From Filimonas sp. (GTDB taxonomy: Bacteria > Bacteroidota > Bacteroidia > Chitinophagales > Chitinophagaceae): a stretch of 64,000 nucleotides of DNA. The translations under genes were made by a program, and so were the position numbers. The stretch lies in NCBI GenBank assembly GCA_017306865.1, contig JAFKHH010000017.1, positions 35,453 to 99,452 on the forward strand. Reading direction: 5' to 3'. Numbering within the stretch: position 1 is the first letter of the stretch; every line of letters begins with the position of its first letter. Below are positions 39,490 through 49,319 of this stretch, piece after piece. The notes under the pieces were generated by a model, which was not told the origin of the DNA, made no database searches, and saw only the letters and a list, made by a program, of their open reading frames with translations.

Positions 39490-40086
39490 ATGAAAATAGT
39501 CATCATAGGAGGCACAGGCACCATTGGTAAAAAAGTGAGCGCCTTGCTGGAAAAGGACCATGAAATAATAAGAGCGGGCTCCAAAAGTGGAGATGTGCAG
39601 GTAGACATTACGTCCGAAGCTTCTATTGAAGCATTCTTTAAAAAAACAGGCACATTCGATGCATTGATAAGTACAGTCGGCAATGGTCATTTTGGCCCAT
39701 TGGCAACCACCACTGTGGAAGATTTTAAAAAGGGATTATTAAATAAGTTGTTAGGCCAGGTGAGCCTTGTACTGATCGGGCAGAAATATATTAATCCCAA
39801 GGGTTCGTTTACGCTTACATCCGGTATTCTTTCAGATGATCCTATCCGCAGCGGCACCAACTTAGCTACCATTAATGGTGCTTTGAACTCGTTCGTTTTG
39901 TCTGCAGCTATAGAACTAGAAAACAGTGTGCGTATAAATGTAGTAAGCCCAGGATTGGTGGAAGATTCATTGGACCTGCTTCCTGCATTTCCCGGACATA
40001 TTCCTGTTGCTATGGACAAGGTTGCAAATGCCTATGCAAAGAGCGTATTGGGTGCATTGACAGGACAAGTGATAAAGGTGTATTGA
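39490..40086 (+). CDS. NAD(P)-binding short-chain dehydrogenase-like protein (atypical SDR)
   Basis: KIVIIGGTGTIGKKV Rossmann motif. 198 aa. Confidence 0.7.
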   Translation: MKIVIIGGTGTIGKKVSALLEKDHEIIRAGSKSGDVQVDITSEASIEAFFKKTGTFDALISTVGNGHFGPLATTTVEDFKKGLLNKLLGQVSLVLIGQKYINPKGSFTLTSGILSDDPIRSGTNLATINGALNSFVLSAAIELENSVRINVVSPGLVEDSLDLLPAFPGHIPVAMDKVANAYAKSVLGALTGQVIKVY

Positions 40087-40258
40087 TTTGAAATTTGAGA
40101 TTTATGATTTGAGATTGTTTCTCCCAAGAAACATTTCTCTACATATCAAATAATAACCATAGTGATCATAGTATAGCCATTGTGATCATTGTGGTTTAAC
40201 TGTCTCTCATTTTTTACTCATCTGCCAATTTCAAATATCAAATTTCAAATCTTAATCT
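40085..40258. mobile_element. about 175-bp MITE-like element bounded by family-1 inverted repeats. The interior contains direct repeats atagtgatcat / attgtgatcat.
   Basis: tgatttgaaatttgagatttatgatttgagat ... caatttcaaatatcaaatttcaaatc. Confidence 0.55.
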
Positions 40259-40263
40259 ATCTT

Positions 40264-41058
40264 ATGAACTTACAACTAGAAGGCAAGATAGCATTGGTTA
40301 CCGGCTCTACAGCGGGCATCGGCTTTGCTACAGCCAAACAATTATTGCAAGAGGGCGCTACGGTTTATATTAACGGCAGAACAGAACAACGCATACAGGA
40401 AGCAATTGCAAAATTGCAATCACTTGTACCCGGCGCAAAAGTACATGGCATAGCGGCAGACTTTTTAAATGTAGCCGATGTAAACAAGCTATTGCAGGCA
40501 TTACCGGAGGTAGACATTCTCATCAACAATGCCGGCATTTTTGAGCCCAAACCATTCGAGGAAATAACAGATGCGGACTGGCTTCGTTTTTATGAAATGA
40601 ATGTATTAAGCGGTGTCCGGCTCTCGCGCCAATACTTACCAGCTATGTTGAAGAAGAACTGGGGCAGGATTATTTTTATCTCCAGCGAATCAGCTATACT
40701 TATACCGGAAGAAATGATCCATTATGGCATGACTAAAACCGCACAACTGGCATTGAGCAGGGGTTTAGCAGAACTGACAAAGGGAACAGGTGTAACGGTG
40801 AATGCAGTATTGCCCGGGCCAACAAAATCTGAAGGTGTGGAAGATTTTATAGGAAGCATGGCGCAGCAGCAACAACAGACGAGGGAAAGTATAGAGAAAG
40901 ATTTTTTTACCACTGCACGCCCCAGCTCTTTAATACAACGATTTGCGACTACAGAGGAAGTAGCAAATCTTATTACGTATGTAGCAAGCCAGCTATCGTC
41001 TGCCACAAATGGTGCGGCGCTACGTGTAGATGGAGGTGTTGTAAAAACAATTATCTAG
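40264..41058 (+). CDS. SDR family oxidoreductase (classical)
   Basis: TGSTAGIGFATAKQL glycine motif and YGMTK catalytic YxxxK. Confidence 0.85.
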   Translation: MNLQLEGKIALVTGSTAGIGFATAKQLLQEGATVYINGRTEQRIQEAIAKLQSLVPGAKVHGIAADFLNVADVNKLLQALPEVDILINNAGIFEPKPFEEITDADWLRFYEMNVLSGVRLSRQYLPAMLKKNWGRIIFISSESAILIPEEMIHYGMTKTAQLALSRGLAELTKGTGVTVNAVLPGPTKSEGVEDFIGSMAQQQQQTRESIEKDFFTTARPSSLIQRFATTEEVANLITYVASQLSSATNGAALRVDGGVVKTII

Positions 41059-41086
41059 TCGTATCTACATAAAAAAATCACTGCCC

Positions 41087-41140
41087 GGAACTCCATCCCC
41101 TTATTGGAGGCCGGGCAATAATTTTTGTTTACCGGTGAAA
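41087..41140 (+). terminator. rho-independent terminator
   Basis: gcccgg...ccgggc hairpin followed by aataatttttgttt. Confidence 0.6.
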
Positions 41141-41281
41141 GTTTATTTTCTTCCGGCACCAGTTTCTTCCGTTACCGTAAAAAACCATTTCATCTAAGAC
41201 ACTGGTGAAGCAACCCTTCCGCCAATATTTAAAAAATATTTTTATTGTTGAACATCATCGTTTGCAAGCTGTTTCTTAACT

Positions 41282-42340
41282 GTGAATCATACGTCTATCA
41301 CAGTGCATAAGAATCGTCTTTATATCACTCTTTCCATATTTTTTTTCGTCATCTCCTGCACAAAGGGATTAGGACAGATGCAGGATTCCGTATTCCTGTA
41401 TAATGGGCAAATACTCATCGGTTCTATTAAAGGTGTAAGCCTGGGTGTACTCTCCTTCGACGATAAGGATCTAAAGATCGTAAACGTAAAATTGTATAAG
41501 ATAAAAAGACTGCGGGCAGATAATAATATTTTCAGAATTGAAACAATAGCCAACGATGTATATTATGGCACGATACAACCTTCAGACAAGAATGGCTATA
41601 TATCCATTGTAACGCCAGAAAAAAAAGCACGCATAGAGCTAACAGCTATTAATGTACTGATCTCGATGGATAAACATTTTTTCAAGCGGCTGAATGGTTC
41701 TGTGTCCTTAGGTTTTAGTTATACCAAATCAAGCCAGATAGGACAACTCAACCTAAGCGGCCAGGTCGGTTATGCCACCAGGCATATTGAAAACGAATTG
41801 TCGGTATCATCACTAAGTTCTATCGACACCTCTACGTTTTCGCGTACCAATGAGAATGTCGCTTTATTTTCAAACTACAACATTACGCCTGTATGGTTTG
41901 TAGCTGGCCAGCTAAACTACCAGCGCAACCTGGAATTGTCTATAAAGAAAAGATGGCAGCAGATCGCCGGTGGCGGTAAAAAACTGATCGTAACTAAGAA
42001 CATGACCTTACTTGCTATGTCCGGCCTTGCGTTTACACAGGAAACCAGTACAGACGATGTCAATAGCGGTTTATTGCTTGAGGTGCCGCTCATACTTCGT
42101 TATAATTTTTTCCAGTTCCAACACCCTAATTTACAGATATCTGCTAATCAGACCACGTACTTTGGCATTACCCAATCCGGGCGTATCCGCATGGACCTGA
42201 ACACCAGTTTTTCCTGGGAGCTGGTACGATACTTTTACCTGACTATGTCGCCGTACATGTCTTTTGATAACCGGCCGCCGGTAGGCACCGCGAGCAACGT
42301 AGACTACGGCCTGGTATTCGGCATATCGTATAAATTCTGA
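41282..42340 (+). CDS. hypothetical outer-membrane beta-barrel protein
   Basis: Signal peptide, alternating amphipathic beta-strand pattern, C-terminal ...YGLVFGISYKF with a terminal aromatic residue. Confidence 0.55.
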   Translation: MNHTSITVHKNRLYITLSIFFFVISCTKGLGQMQDSVFLYNGQILIGSIKGVSLGVLSFDDKDLKIVNVKLYKIKRLRADNNIFRIETIANDVYYGTIQPSDKNGYISIVTPEKKARIELTAINVLISMDKHFFKRLNGSVSLGFSYTKSSQIGQLNLSGQVGYATRHIENELSVSSLSSIDTSTFSRTNENVALFSNYNITPVWFVAGQLNYQRNLELSIKKRWQQIAGGGKKLIVTKNMTLLAMSGLAFTQETSTDDVNSGLLLEVPLILRYNFFQFQHPNLQISANQTTYFGITQSGRIRMDLNTSFSWELVRYFYLTMSPYMSFDNRPPVGTASNVDYGLVFGISYKF

Positions 42341-42464
42341 TGTAGCAGGTATGCGCTTTATTATCCCCCAACTTTGGGGTGTCTAAAAATTTCATCCTGC
42401 CGAAACTATTCAGCGCTATCATTTTTCAACTAAATTGCTGCCGTATTTAAACCAAAACAACCCT

Positions 42465-42818
42465 ATGCAATATTTGCCGGGCAAGCATATAATAGCAACC
42501 CTAGAGACTTCTGACCAAAAACGCATTGCCACTTACGCTGATTTTCAACAGGCCGTTGATCAGCTTATTCTGCAATATCAATTAAAAAAGCTGGGAGAAA
42601 TATATCATAATTTTTCACCCGCCGGTTTTACAGCGGTCATCTGTTTGAGTGAAAGCCATATCTCCATTCATACCTGGCCGGAACACAACAAGATAAACGT
42701 GGACATTTATCTTAGTAATTTTCAGCGTAATAACGATGGTACTGTACGTGCCATTTACGAATCGGTTGTTGCTTTTTTTGATGCAGCTATTACTCATGAA
42801 CAAACCATTACCCGTTAA
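42465..42818 (+). CDS. speH: S-adenosylmethionine decarboxylase proenzyme (pyruvoyl-dependent, SpeH/class-1 type)
   Basis: Self-processing motif LSESHISIHTWPEH. Length about 117 aa. Confidence 0.8.
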   Translation: MQYLPGKHIIATLETSDQKRIATYADFQQAVDQLILQYQLKKLGEIYHNFSPAGFTAVICLSESHISIHTWPEHNKINVDIYLSNFQRNNDGTVRAIYESVVAFFDAAITHEQTITR

Positions 42819-42821
42819 CAC

Positions 42822-44717
42822 ATGAGAGCAACAGGACTATACGCATGCCCCGACTGTGGCAAAACCATTACTTACAGGAATAATGAAACAAGGCTGAATG
42901 TCTGTACCTGCGGCACAATCGTAAACAGGCTGGAAAGCGATGACCTTGTTAAGAAATATTATTATTTAATACAAGAACATACTGATCTTATACAGGTTGG
43001 CACTACCGGTAAATACGACGGCAGGAAATTCGAAGTGCTGGGCCGCTTTCGCATGTGGTTTGAGGATAGTGCGTATAACTACTGGACTATTGTATTTGAA
43101 GATAACTCACTTGCCTATCTTGCAGAAGGCTATGGCCTCTATGCCATTTTACGCAGAACTACGTTCCTGCCGGTGAAGACAGCCGCCCTTCTTGCACTCA
43201 AGGCGGGTGATAGCATTCAACTGAAAACCCAGGCGCCGGATTACCTATTACAACGTAAAGATTTTTGTAAGCGGCTGGATGTACAGGGGGAGATCTGGAT
43301 GCCGGAGTGTAATGACCAGATCAGCCTCTTTGAGTTAGCCAGTATAACGGGCTTCCGTGCTGCAATATTTGAATTTCTGCCAGGCTATCTTGCCGGGTAT
43401 GATGTTGCTTATACTTCCTTCGACGATCTGCACCTGGCTCATATAAACGAGGAACCGTTACAAGGAAAAGACTTCAATTGTCCTAAATGTAAAGAAGCGA
43501 TCCGCGTAAAAACGTTTCCTTATGCACAGAGCTGTGGCTGCGTGAAATGCGGCACAAGGTTTAGTCTCGTTAATACAACTACGTTTCAAACATCCGGCAA
43601 GGATAAGAACAACAAGAATGACCTGGATATACCACTCGGTGTTACAGGCAAGATAAAGGGCATTGAATATGAAGTGATCGGTTATGCGTTGAAGAAAGAC
43701 CCCGAAGGTTACTTATGGAAAGAATACACCTTGCATAATAAGCGGGAAGGTTACGCTTTCCTGAGCGAGTTCAACGGCAACTGGATATATGTGCGGGAGA
43801 AAGGAGAAGCGCCTGTATTAAGCGACCTGCAAACAAATGACTTTACTTACGGCAAAGAACCATTTAAGTTATACAACCGCTACAGCATCTCGCTGGTAGA
43901 TGTTGCCGGAGAATTTCCGTATAACATATTTGACGCTGTAGAAACAAAGTCAGCAGAATTTATATCGCCGCCGGAAGTATGGATATATGAAAAAACGAAA
44001 GGCAATATCTGCTGGTTCTTAGGCGAGCACATCACCCCAAAAGATGTGGAAAAGGCTTACCCATTTCCTTTACCGTATAAGAACGGCACAGGCATGGTAG
44101 AGCCTACAGGCTATGTTAATCCCAATACGCTTATCTCTATAACCATTGTTGCCGTACTCATTATGATAGCTGTGCATCTGGGCATCAACATGACGCACGA
44201 TCCTAAAACTATCGTTAACTCGTCCTATCAGCTTACTGATACAACTACGGCTTCTTCTTTTGTAACAGAACCATTTACGCTCACAAAATGGCGGAGTAAC
44301 CTTGAGTTTGAAATAAGTGCCGACGTCGACAACTCGTGGTTCGAAATGTCTGCATCGCTGGTCAATGCAAAAACAAATGAAGAGTTTTCACTGGAACAGG
44401 GTGTAGAATACTATCATGGTTATGAAGATGGGGAGACCTGGAGCGAGGGCGGCCGTGTAGAGCGTGCTTACCTCAGCAGCATTCCTGCAGGCACGTATTT
44501 CCTGCGGATCGAGGGCTCAAGAGATACAAACCCGATGAACAAGATCAGCTCTTTCTTTGTAACCATCACCAACGATGTGGCAATGGACAGGAACCTGCTC
44601 ATTTTTATTATACCACTACTTATCTGGCCTGCGTTTAAATTATTCAGGATGAACCAGTCAGAACGAAGCAGGTGGTCTAACAGTAATTTTTCACCTTTTA
44701 CCCATAACGATGATTAA
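42822..44717 (+). CDS. Zn-ribbon / DUF4178 domain membrane protein (two CxxC...CxC ribbons, two DUF4178-like repeats, one TM helix, about 150-aa C-terminal domain)
   Basis: CPDCG...CTCG and CPKCK...CGCVKCG. Repeated YEVIGY/FEVLGR cores. TM helix ISITIVAVLIMIAVHLGI. The start is 4 nt after the speH stop. Confidence 0.65.
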   Translation: MRATGLYACPDCGKTITYRNNETRLNVCTCGTIVNRLESDDLVKKYYYLIQEHTDLIQVGTTGKYDGRKFEVLGRFRMWFEDSAYNYWTIVFEDNSLAYLAEGYGLYAILRRTTFLPVKTAALLALKAGDSIQLKTQAPDYLLQRKDFCKRLDVQGEIWMPECNDQISLFELASITGFRAAIFEFLPGYLAGYDVAYTSFDDLHLAHINEEPLQGKDFNCPKCKEAIRVKTFPYAQSCGCVKCGTRFSLVNTTTFQTSGKDKNNKNDLDIPLGVTGKIKGIEYEVIGYALKKDPEGYLWKEYTLHNKREGYAFLSEFNGNWIYVREKGEAPVLSDLQTNDFTYGKEPFKLYNRYSISLVDVAGEFPYNIFDAVETKSAEFISPPEVWIYEKTKGNICWFLGEHITPKDVEKAYPFPLPYKNGTGMVEPTGYVNPNTLISITIVAVLIMIAVHLGINMTHDPKTIVNSSYQLTDTTTASSFVTEPFTLTKWRSNLEFEISADVDNSWFEMSASLVNAKTNEEFSLEQGVEYYHGYEDGETWSEGGRVERAYLSSIPAGTYFLRIEGSRDTNPMNKISSFFVTITNDVAMDRNLLIFIIPLLIWPAFKLFRMNQSERSRWSNSNFSPFTHNDD

Positions 44718-44900
44718 CCCGTTTAACGTACGCTCAGGAATGCATCCATACAGGTGGTACCTGCTTTTTGTTGCCGGTGTAGCTATGCTAATGGCTTATG
44801 CCGACTATACAGGATGGCGCGTGCTCACTTTTAACCAACAGCAACACTGGAGCGCATCCGGCCCTTCAGGACATAAATAATAAAAACCAATACTACTCAT

Positions 44901-45107
44901 ATGGCACACTACATTTTTAACTCCGTTATTTTCTCCCTTATTGGCATTGCCATTCTCTTTGTAACATTTGCACTGATCGAATGGCTGACTCCGCGTCACA
45001 ATATCAGGAAGGAGATACTGGAAAAGAACAATATTGCTTTAGCAATACTGGCTGGCTTTTTTATGCTGGCTGTTGCGATCATTATAGCGTCTGCTATTCA
45101 CGGATAG
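44901..45107 (+). CDS. DUF350 small membrane protein (two TM helices)
   Basis: 68-aa ORF with two hydrophobic helices. Its stop is 7 nt before the aminopropyltransferase start. Confidence 0.6.
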   Translation: MAHYIFNSVIFSLIGIAILFVTFALIEWLTPRHNIRKEILEKNNIALAILAGFFMLAVAIIIASAIHG

Positions 45108-45113
45108 AATTAT

Positions 45114-46640
45114 ATGGAACAAAAAAAATCAAATGAGCAGTGGCTGTTGCTGACAGCAGTATTTATTATAGCCACATGCGGCCTTATTTATGAACTGGTA
45201 GCGGGTACACTTGCCAGCTATGTGTTAGGTGACAGTGTTACACAGTTCAGTACCATCATAGGTGTCTATCTTTTTTCGATGGGCGTTGGTTCCTTCCTGT
45301 CCAAGTATTTCAACAAGCATTTGCTTACCTGGTTCATACAAATAGAATTACTGGTTGGTTTGATAGGCGGCTTCAGCTCTATTATCTTGTTCCTGACCTT
45401 TCCTGTTGCAGCGTCGTTCAGGCTTATCTTATATGCGGTAGTGTTTTTCACCGGCATGTTAGTCGGCCTGGAAATACCTATCCTGATGCGCATACTGAAA
45501 GACAAAGTAGAATTTAAGGACCTCGTAAGTAAGGTATTCACATTTGACTATATTGGTGCTTTGCTTGCTTCGCTGATCTTTCCATTGCTACTGGTTCCCT
45601 ATTTAGGATTGATGCGCACCTCACTTTTCTTTGGCATTATGAATGTCTTGGTAGGCATGTACCTGCTGCAAAAATTCAAAACCGAGATCGTGCGTAACAC
45701 TGCGCTCAAAGTTGCTGCGGTATTGTTCCTGCTGGCAGAACTTGTAGCGTTTGTGCTGTCAGATAAAATCATGCACTTTAGCGAGAGTCTTGTATTCAAT
45801 GACCCGATTATTTACTCCACTTCTACCCCATACCAGCGTATAGCGATCACACGCAACAAAAAAGAATTGAAACTTTTCTTAAACGGCAACCTGCAATTCT
45901 CTTCTTTTGATGAATACCGGTACCACGAAGCATTGGTACATCCGCCTATGCTGGCAGCGCACAACCCAAAGAAAATATTGGTAATGGGTGGTGGCGACGG
46001 GCTGGCTGTAAGAGAAATATTGAAATACCCATCCGTAGAGAGTGTAACGCTGGTAGACCTGGATGCTGCTATGACAAAACTATTCAGCACGCAACCAGTC
46101 TTATTAAATATTAACCACTCTTCTTTCCTTAACCCGAAAGTAAAAATATACAACCAGGATGCTTTTATCTGGTTACGCAACAATCATGACGTGTACGATT
46201 GCGCTATTATAGATTTCCCTGACCCTTCTAACTTTTCTATTGGCAAACTATATAGCTATTCCTTTTATCAATTGCTGGGCCGTGCACTGTCGCCAAACGG
46301 AACAGCAGTAATACAAAGTACTTCACCTTATGTAGCGCCCAAAAGTTTCTGGTGTGTAGATGAAACACTGAAGGCTGCGGGGTTCGTTACCGTTCCTTAT
46401 CACAATTATGTTCCCTCCTTTGGTGAGTGGGGTTATATTATGGCCATGAAACAACCCGGCTACCAGGCTCCCGATAGTTTCCCTGCAGGTATGCGCTTTA
46501 TCAACAAAGAAACAATGCAGCAGATGCTAAACTTTCCGGAAGATATGAAGACGCACCAAAAGCTGGCGATCAACAGGCTGAACAATCAATCCTTGGTAGA
46601 ATATTTTGAGCAGGAATGGGGCAATTATCTTGATCAGTAA
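45114..46640 (+). CDS. speE: polyamine aminopropyltransferase (spermidine-synthase family) with an N-terminal multi-TM domain
   Basis: Six to seven TM helices, then the SpeE catalytic core (HPPMLAAHNPKKILVMGGGDGLAVREILKYPSVESVTLVDLD...IIDFPDPS). Confidence 0.85.
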   Translation: MEQKKSNEQWLLLTAVFIIATCGLIYELVAGTLASYVLGDSVTQFSTIIGVYLFSMGVGSFLSKYFNKHLLTWFIQIELLVGLIGGFSSIILFLTFPVAASFRLILYAVVFFTGMLVGLEIPILMRILKDKVEFKDLVSKVFTFDYIGALLASLIFPLLLVPYLGLMRTSLFFGIMNVLVGMYLLQKFKTEIVRNTALKVAAVLFLLAELVAFVLSDKIMHFSESLVFNDPIIYSTSTPYQRIAITRNKKELKLFLNGNLQFSSFDEYRYHEALVHPPMLAAHNPKKILVMGGGDGLAVREILKYPSVESVTLVDLDAAMTKLFSTQPVLLNINHSSFLNPKVKIYNQDAFIWLRNNHDVYDCAIIDFPDPSNFSIGKLYSYSFYQLLGRALSPNGTAVIQSTSPYVAPKSFWCVDETLKAAGFVTVPYHNYVPSFGEWGYIMAMKQPGYQAPDSFPAGMRFINKETMQQMLNFPEDMKTHQKLAINRLNNQSLVEYFEQEWGNYLDQ

Positions 46641-46645
46641 TTTGT

Positions 46646-48247
46646 ATGAAGAGAAGAAAATTTATTCAACTAGGTAGCGCGCTTGCAGGTTATGGCCTGC
46701 TGGCTACGTCGTGCAGCAATCATACAAAAAGAAAAATTGCAGGGGAGATTATAGGTGCATCTTCTCAAACCGGGCACTTGCTGCGCGATAAGCAATTTGA
46801 AACGCCGCCAATCAGTGAGCAAAAAGAGGTAGTGATTGTTGGAGGTGGTATCAGTGGTTTGTCGGCCGCAAGATGGCTGCACCGGAATGGACAAACGGAT
46901 TTTCTTTTATTGGACCTGGAAAAACATACAGGCGGCAATGCGTCCAGCGGTACAAATGCAGTATCTGCCTATCCGTGGGGTGCGCACTATATTCCCATTC
47001 CCAACAATGACTTGCCGGAGTACACAGACTTCTTAACGGAGTGCAATGTAATTACAGGGCGTGATGAGAAAGGCTTACCTGTTTATAATGAATACCATCT
47101 TTGCAGCGATCCGCAGGAACGTTTATTTATTAATGGTAACTGGCAGGATGGGCTGATCCCACAATATGGTTTATCGCCAGAAGAGAAGAGTGAAGTAAAA
47201 CGCTTCCTGCAACAGATGCAAACTTTCCGCGAAGCAAAGGGCAATGATGGTAAAGATGCTTTTGCCATTCCGGTAGACAGTTCCAGTAACGATCCATTAT
47301 ATACTTCGCTGGATAATATAACGATGGCTGCATGGTTGCAACAGGAGAACTATCACAGCAAATATGTGCAATGGTATGCGAACTATTGCACACGCGATGA
47401 CTTTGGTACACGTAGCGATGTGATCAGCGCATGGACGGGCATTCATTACTTTGCTGCGCGAAAGGGAAATGGCGCCAATGCCAAACATGATGATGTGCTT
47501 ACCTGGCCGCAGGGCAATGGATGGCTGGCAGAACAGTTAAGTTCACCATTGCAACCGTACATCCGTACGAATGCACTGGCAGTTAAGATCATTCCTGGTG
47601 ACAAGCAGGCAACAGTTGTCTACTACGATATAAACACGCATACGTTAAAAGCAGTGGCTGCGAAGCAATGTATTTTGGCTACACCGCAATTTATAAACAA
47701 TCGTTTGCTGGATAATAAAGTACGTACAGCATTGGTAGACGCACACTTACACTATGCACCGTGGATGGTGGCTAACTTAACGGTGTCTCAACTAAAGGAA
47801 CGTGATGGCGCACCACTTAGCTGGGACAATGTGTTGTATGAAAGTTTCGGACTTGGTTATGTAGATGCTACGCATCAGCAATTGCAACAGCTAAAACCGA
47901 AAAGAGTATTGACTTACTACCTGCCACTATCAACTAACACGCCGAAAGAAGAACGATTGGCAGCTTATAAGCGCTCACACGAGGACTGGATAAACATTTT
48001 ATTGGGAGATCTAAAGAAGGTACACCCGGACATTGAAGAAAAAATAGAACGTGCAGATGTTATGGTCTGGGGGCACGCTATGGCGCAGCCGCTTCCCGGG
48101 CTGATGCATGGCGATACCCGGCGAAGATTGCAGGAGTCTATCAATAATCAAATACATTTTGCACATACTGATCTTGCGGGCATCAGCATATTTGAAGAGG
48201 CCTTTTATCAGGGTATTGGTGCAGCAAAAAAAGTAATAGGATCATGA
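46646..48247 (+). CDS. Tat-signal FAD-dependent amine-oxidase-like oxidoreductase (possible lipoprotein)
   Basis: Twin-arginine motif RRKFIQLGSALAGYGLLATSC, then dinucleotide-binding VVIVGGGISGLSAARWL...LLDLE. Start is 6 nt after the speE stop. Confidence 0.75.
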   Translation: MKRRKFIQLGSALAGYGLLATSCSNHTKRKIAGEIIGASSQTGHLLRDKQFETPPISEQKEVVIVGGGISGLSAARWLHRNGQTDFLLLDLEKHTGGNASSGTNAVSAYPWGAHYIPIPNNDLPEYTDFLTECNVITGRDEKGLPVYNEYHLCSDPQERLFINGNWQDGLIPQYGLSPEEKSEVKRFLQQMQTFREAKGNDGKDAFAIPVDSSSNDPLYTSLDNITMAAWLQQENYHSKYVQWYANYCTRDDFGTRSDVISAWTGIHYFAARKGNGANAKHDDVLTWPQGNGWLAEQLSSPLQPYIRTNALAVKIIPGDKQATVVYYDINTHTLKAVAAKQCILATPQFINNRLLDNKVRTALVDAHLHYAPWMVANLTVSQLKERDGAPLSWDNVLYESFGLGYVDATHQQLQQLKPKRVLTYYLPLSTNTPKEERLAAYKRSHEDWINILLGDLKKVHPDIEEKIERADVMVWGHAMAQPLPGLMHGDTRRRLQESINNQIHFAHTDLAGISIFEEAFYQGIGAAKKVIGS

Positions 48248-49317
48248 GCGCCGCAACTACACAACAGCCCTGGCTTGGCAAGGCATGGACGGATATTGTA
48301 TTTATACTTCTTCCACCTTTTGCCTGTTTGTTATTTATCACGCTCTTCCCATCCTTATTTCAGAACAATAATAATATACCGGATGCATGGTGGGTTATAC
48401 TGATCTTACTGGTAGACGTGGCGCATGTGTACAGCACTTTGTATCGCACTTACTTTGATAAAAATTATTTGCAGCAGGAACGTAGCCTATTACTAACAAT
48501 CCCGTTTGTGGCATTTATTGCCGGAGTATTATTGTACACTATTAATGACATGTTGTTCTGGCGTCTGCTGGCATACTTAGCAGTCTTTCATTTTATACGC
48601 CAGCAGTATGGTTTTATGCGGCTTTATAGTAGGAAGGAACATGCGCCCGCCTGGTGCAAGCGTATTGATACGTTTACTATTTATTACGCCACTATTTACC
48701 CGCTACTTTACTGGCACTTTACAGGACAGAAAAATTTCAACTGGTTTGTTGAAAATGATTTCTATTATTTATCAGCCAGTAATTTACTCACTTGCTTCAA
48801 GTGGTTGTATTACATATTACTCCTTATTTATTTTATAAAAGAATGCTGGCTGGCCCTGATAACAAAGACTATTAACTTTCCACGCATAGCAGTTATTGCC
48901 GGCACTATTGCTTCCTGGTATTTTGGCATTGTTTATTTCAATGGCGATATGGCTTTTACTTTATTGAATGTCATTAGCCATGGCATACCTTATATGGCTT
49001 TGATGTGGCTATATGGCAAAAGAAACTACAGCACTTCGGCAAGAGCAGGCAAGCTACTGCGCTATGTCTTCAGCACATATGGCATCCTGCTTTTCCTCGG
49101 TATTATTTTTCTTCTGGCGTATATAGAAGAGGGGCTGTGGGACCTAACCCTTTGGAAAGAACACGCTTCTTTGTTTTCCATCTTCCGTCAAACGAACGTA
49201 TCATTCAGTCAAATATGGCTACAATTTCTCGTACCATTACTCGCATTACCGCAAATCACGCATTATGTGATCGATGGATTTATCTGGCGAATAAAAAAGG
49301 GTGAAGTGAAAGTGTAA
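48244..49317 (+). CDS. hypothetical polytopic membrane protein (8-9 TM), translationally coupled by an ATGA overlap to the oxidase gene
   Basis: ORF start overlaps the upstream stop. Highly hydrophobic and Trp/Tyr-rich. No recognisable family. Confidence 0.6.
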   Translation: MSAATTQQPWLGKAWTDIVFILLPPFACLLFITLFPSLFQNNNNIPDAWWVILILLVDVAHVYSTLYRTYFDKNYLQQERSLLLTIPFVAFIAGVLLYTINDMLFWRLLAYLAVFHFIRQQYGFMRLYSRKEHAPAWCKRIDTFTIYYATIYPLLYWHFTGQKNFNWFVENDFYYLSASNLLTCFKWLYYILLLIYFIKECWLALITKTINFPRIAVIAGTIASWYFGIVYFNGDMAFTLLNVISHGIPYMALMWLYGKRNYSTSARAGKLLRYVFSTYGILLFLGIIFLLAYIEEGLWDLTLWKEHASLFSIFRQTNVSFSQIWLQFLVPLLALPQITHYVIDGFIWRIKKGEVKV

Positions 49318-49319
49318 TG

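Noticed and set aside
41282-42340. Assigning the outer-membrane beta-barrel protein to the polyamine operon as its porin or exporter.
   Set aside because: It is only co-oriented with a 95-nt gap and no functional signature. It is mentioned as context but not claimed as part of the system.
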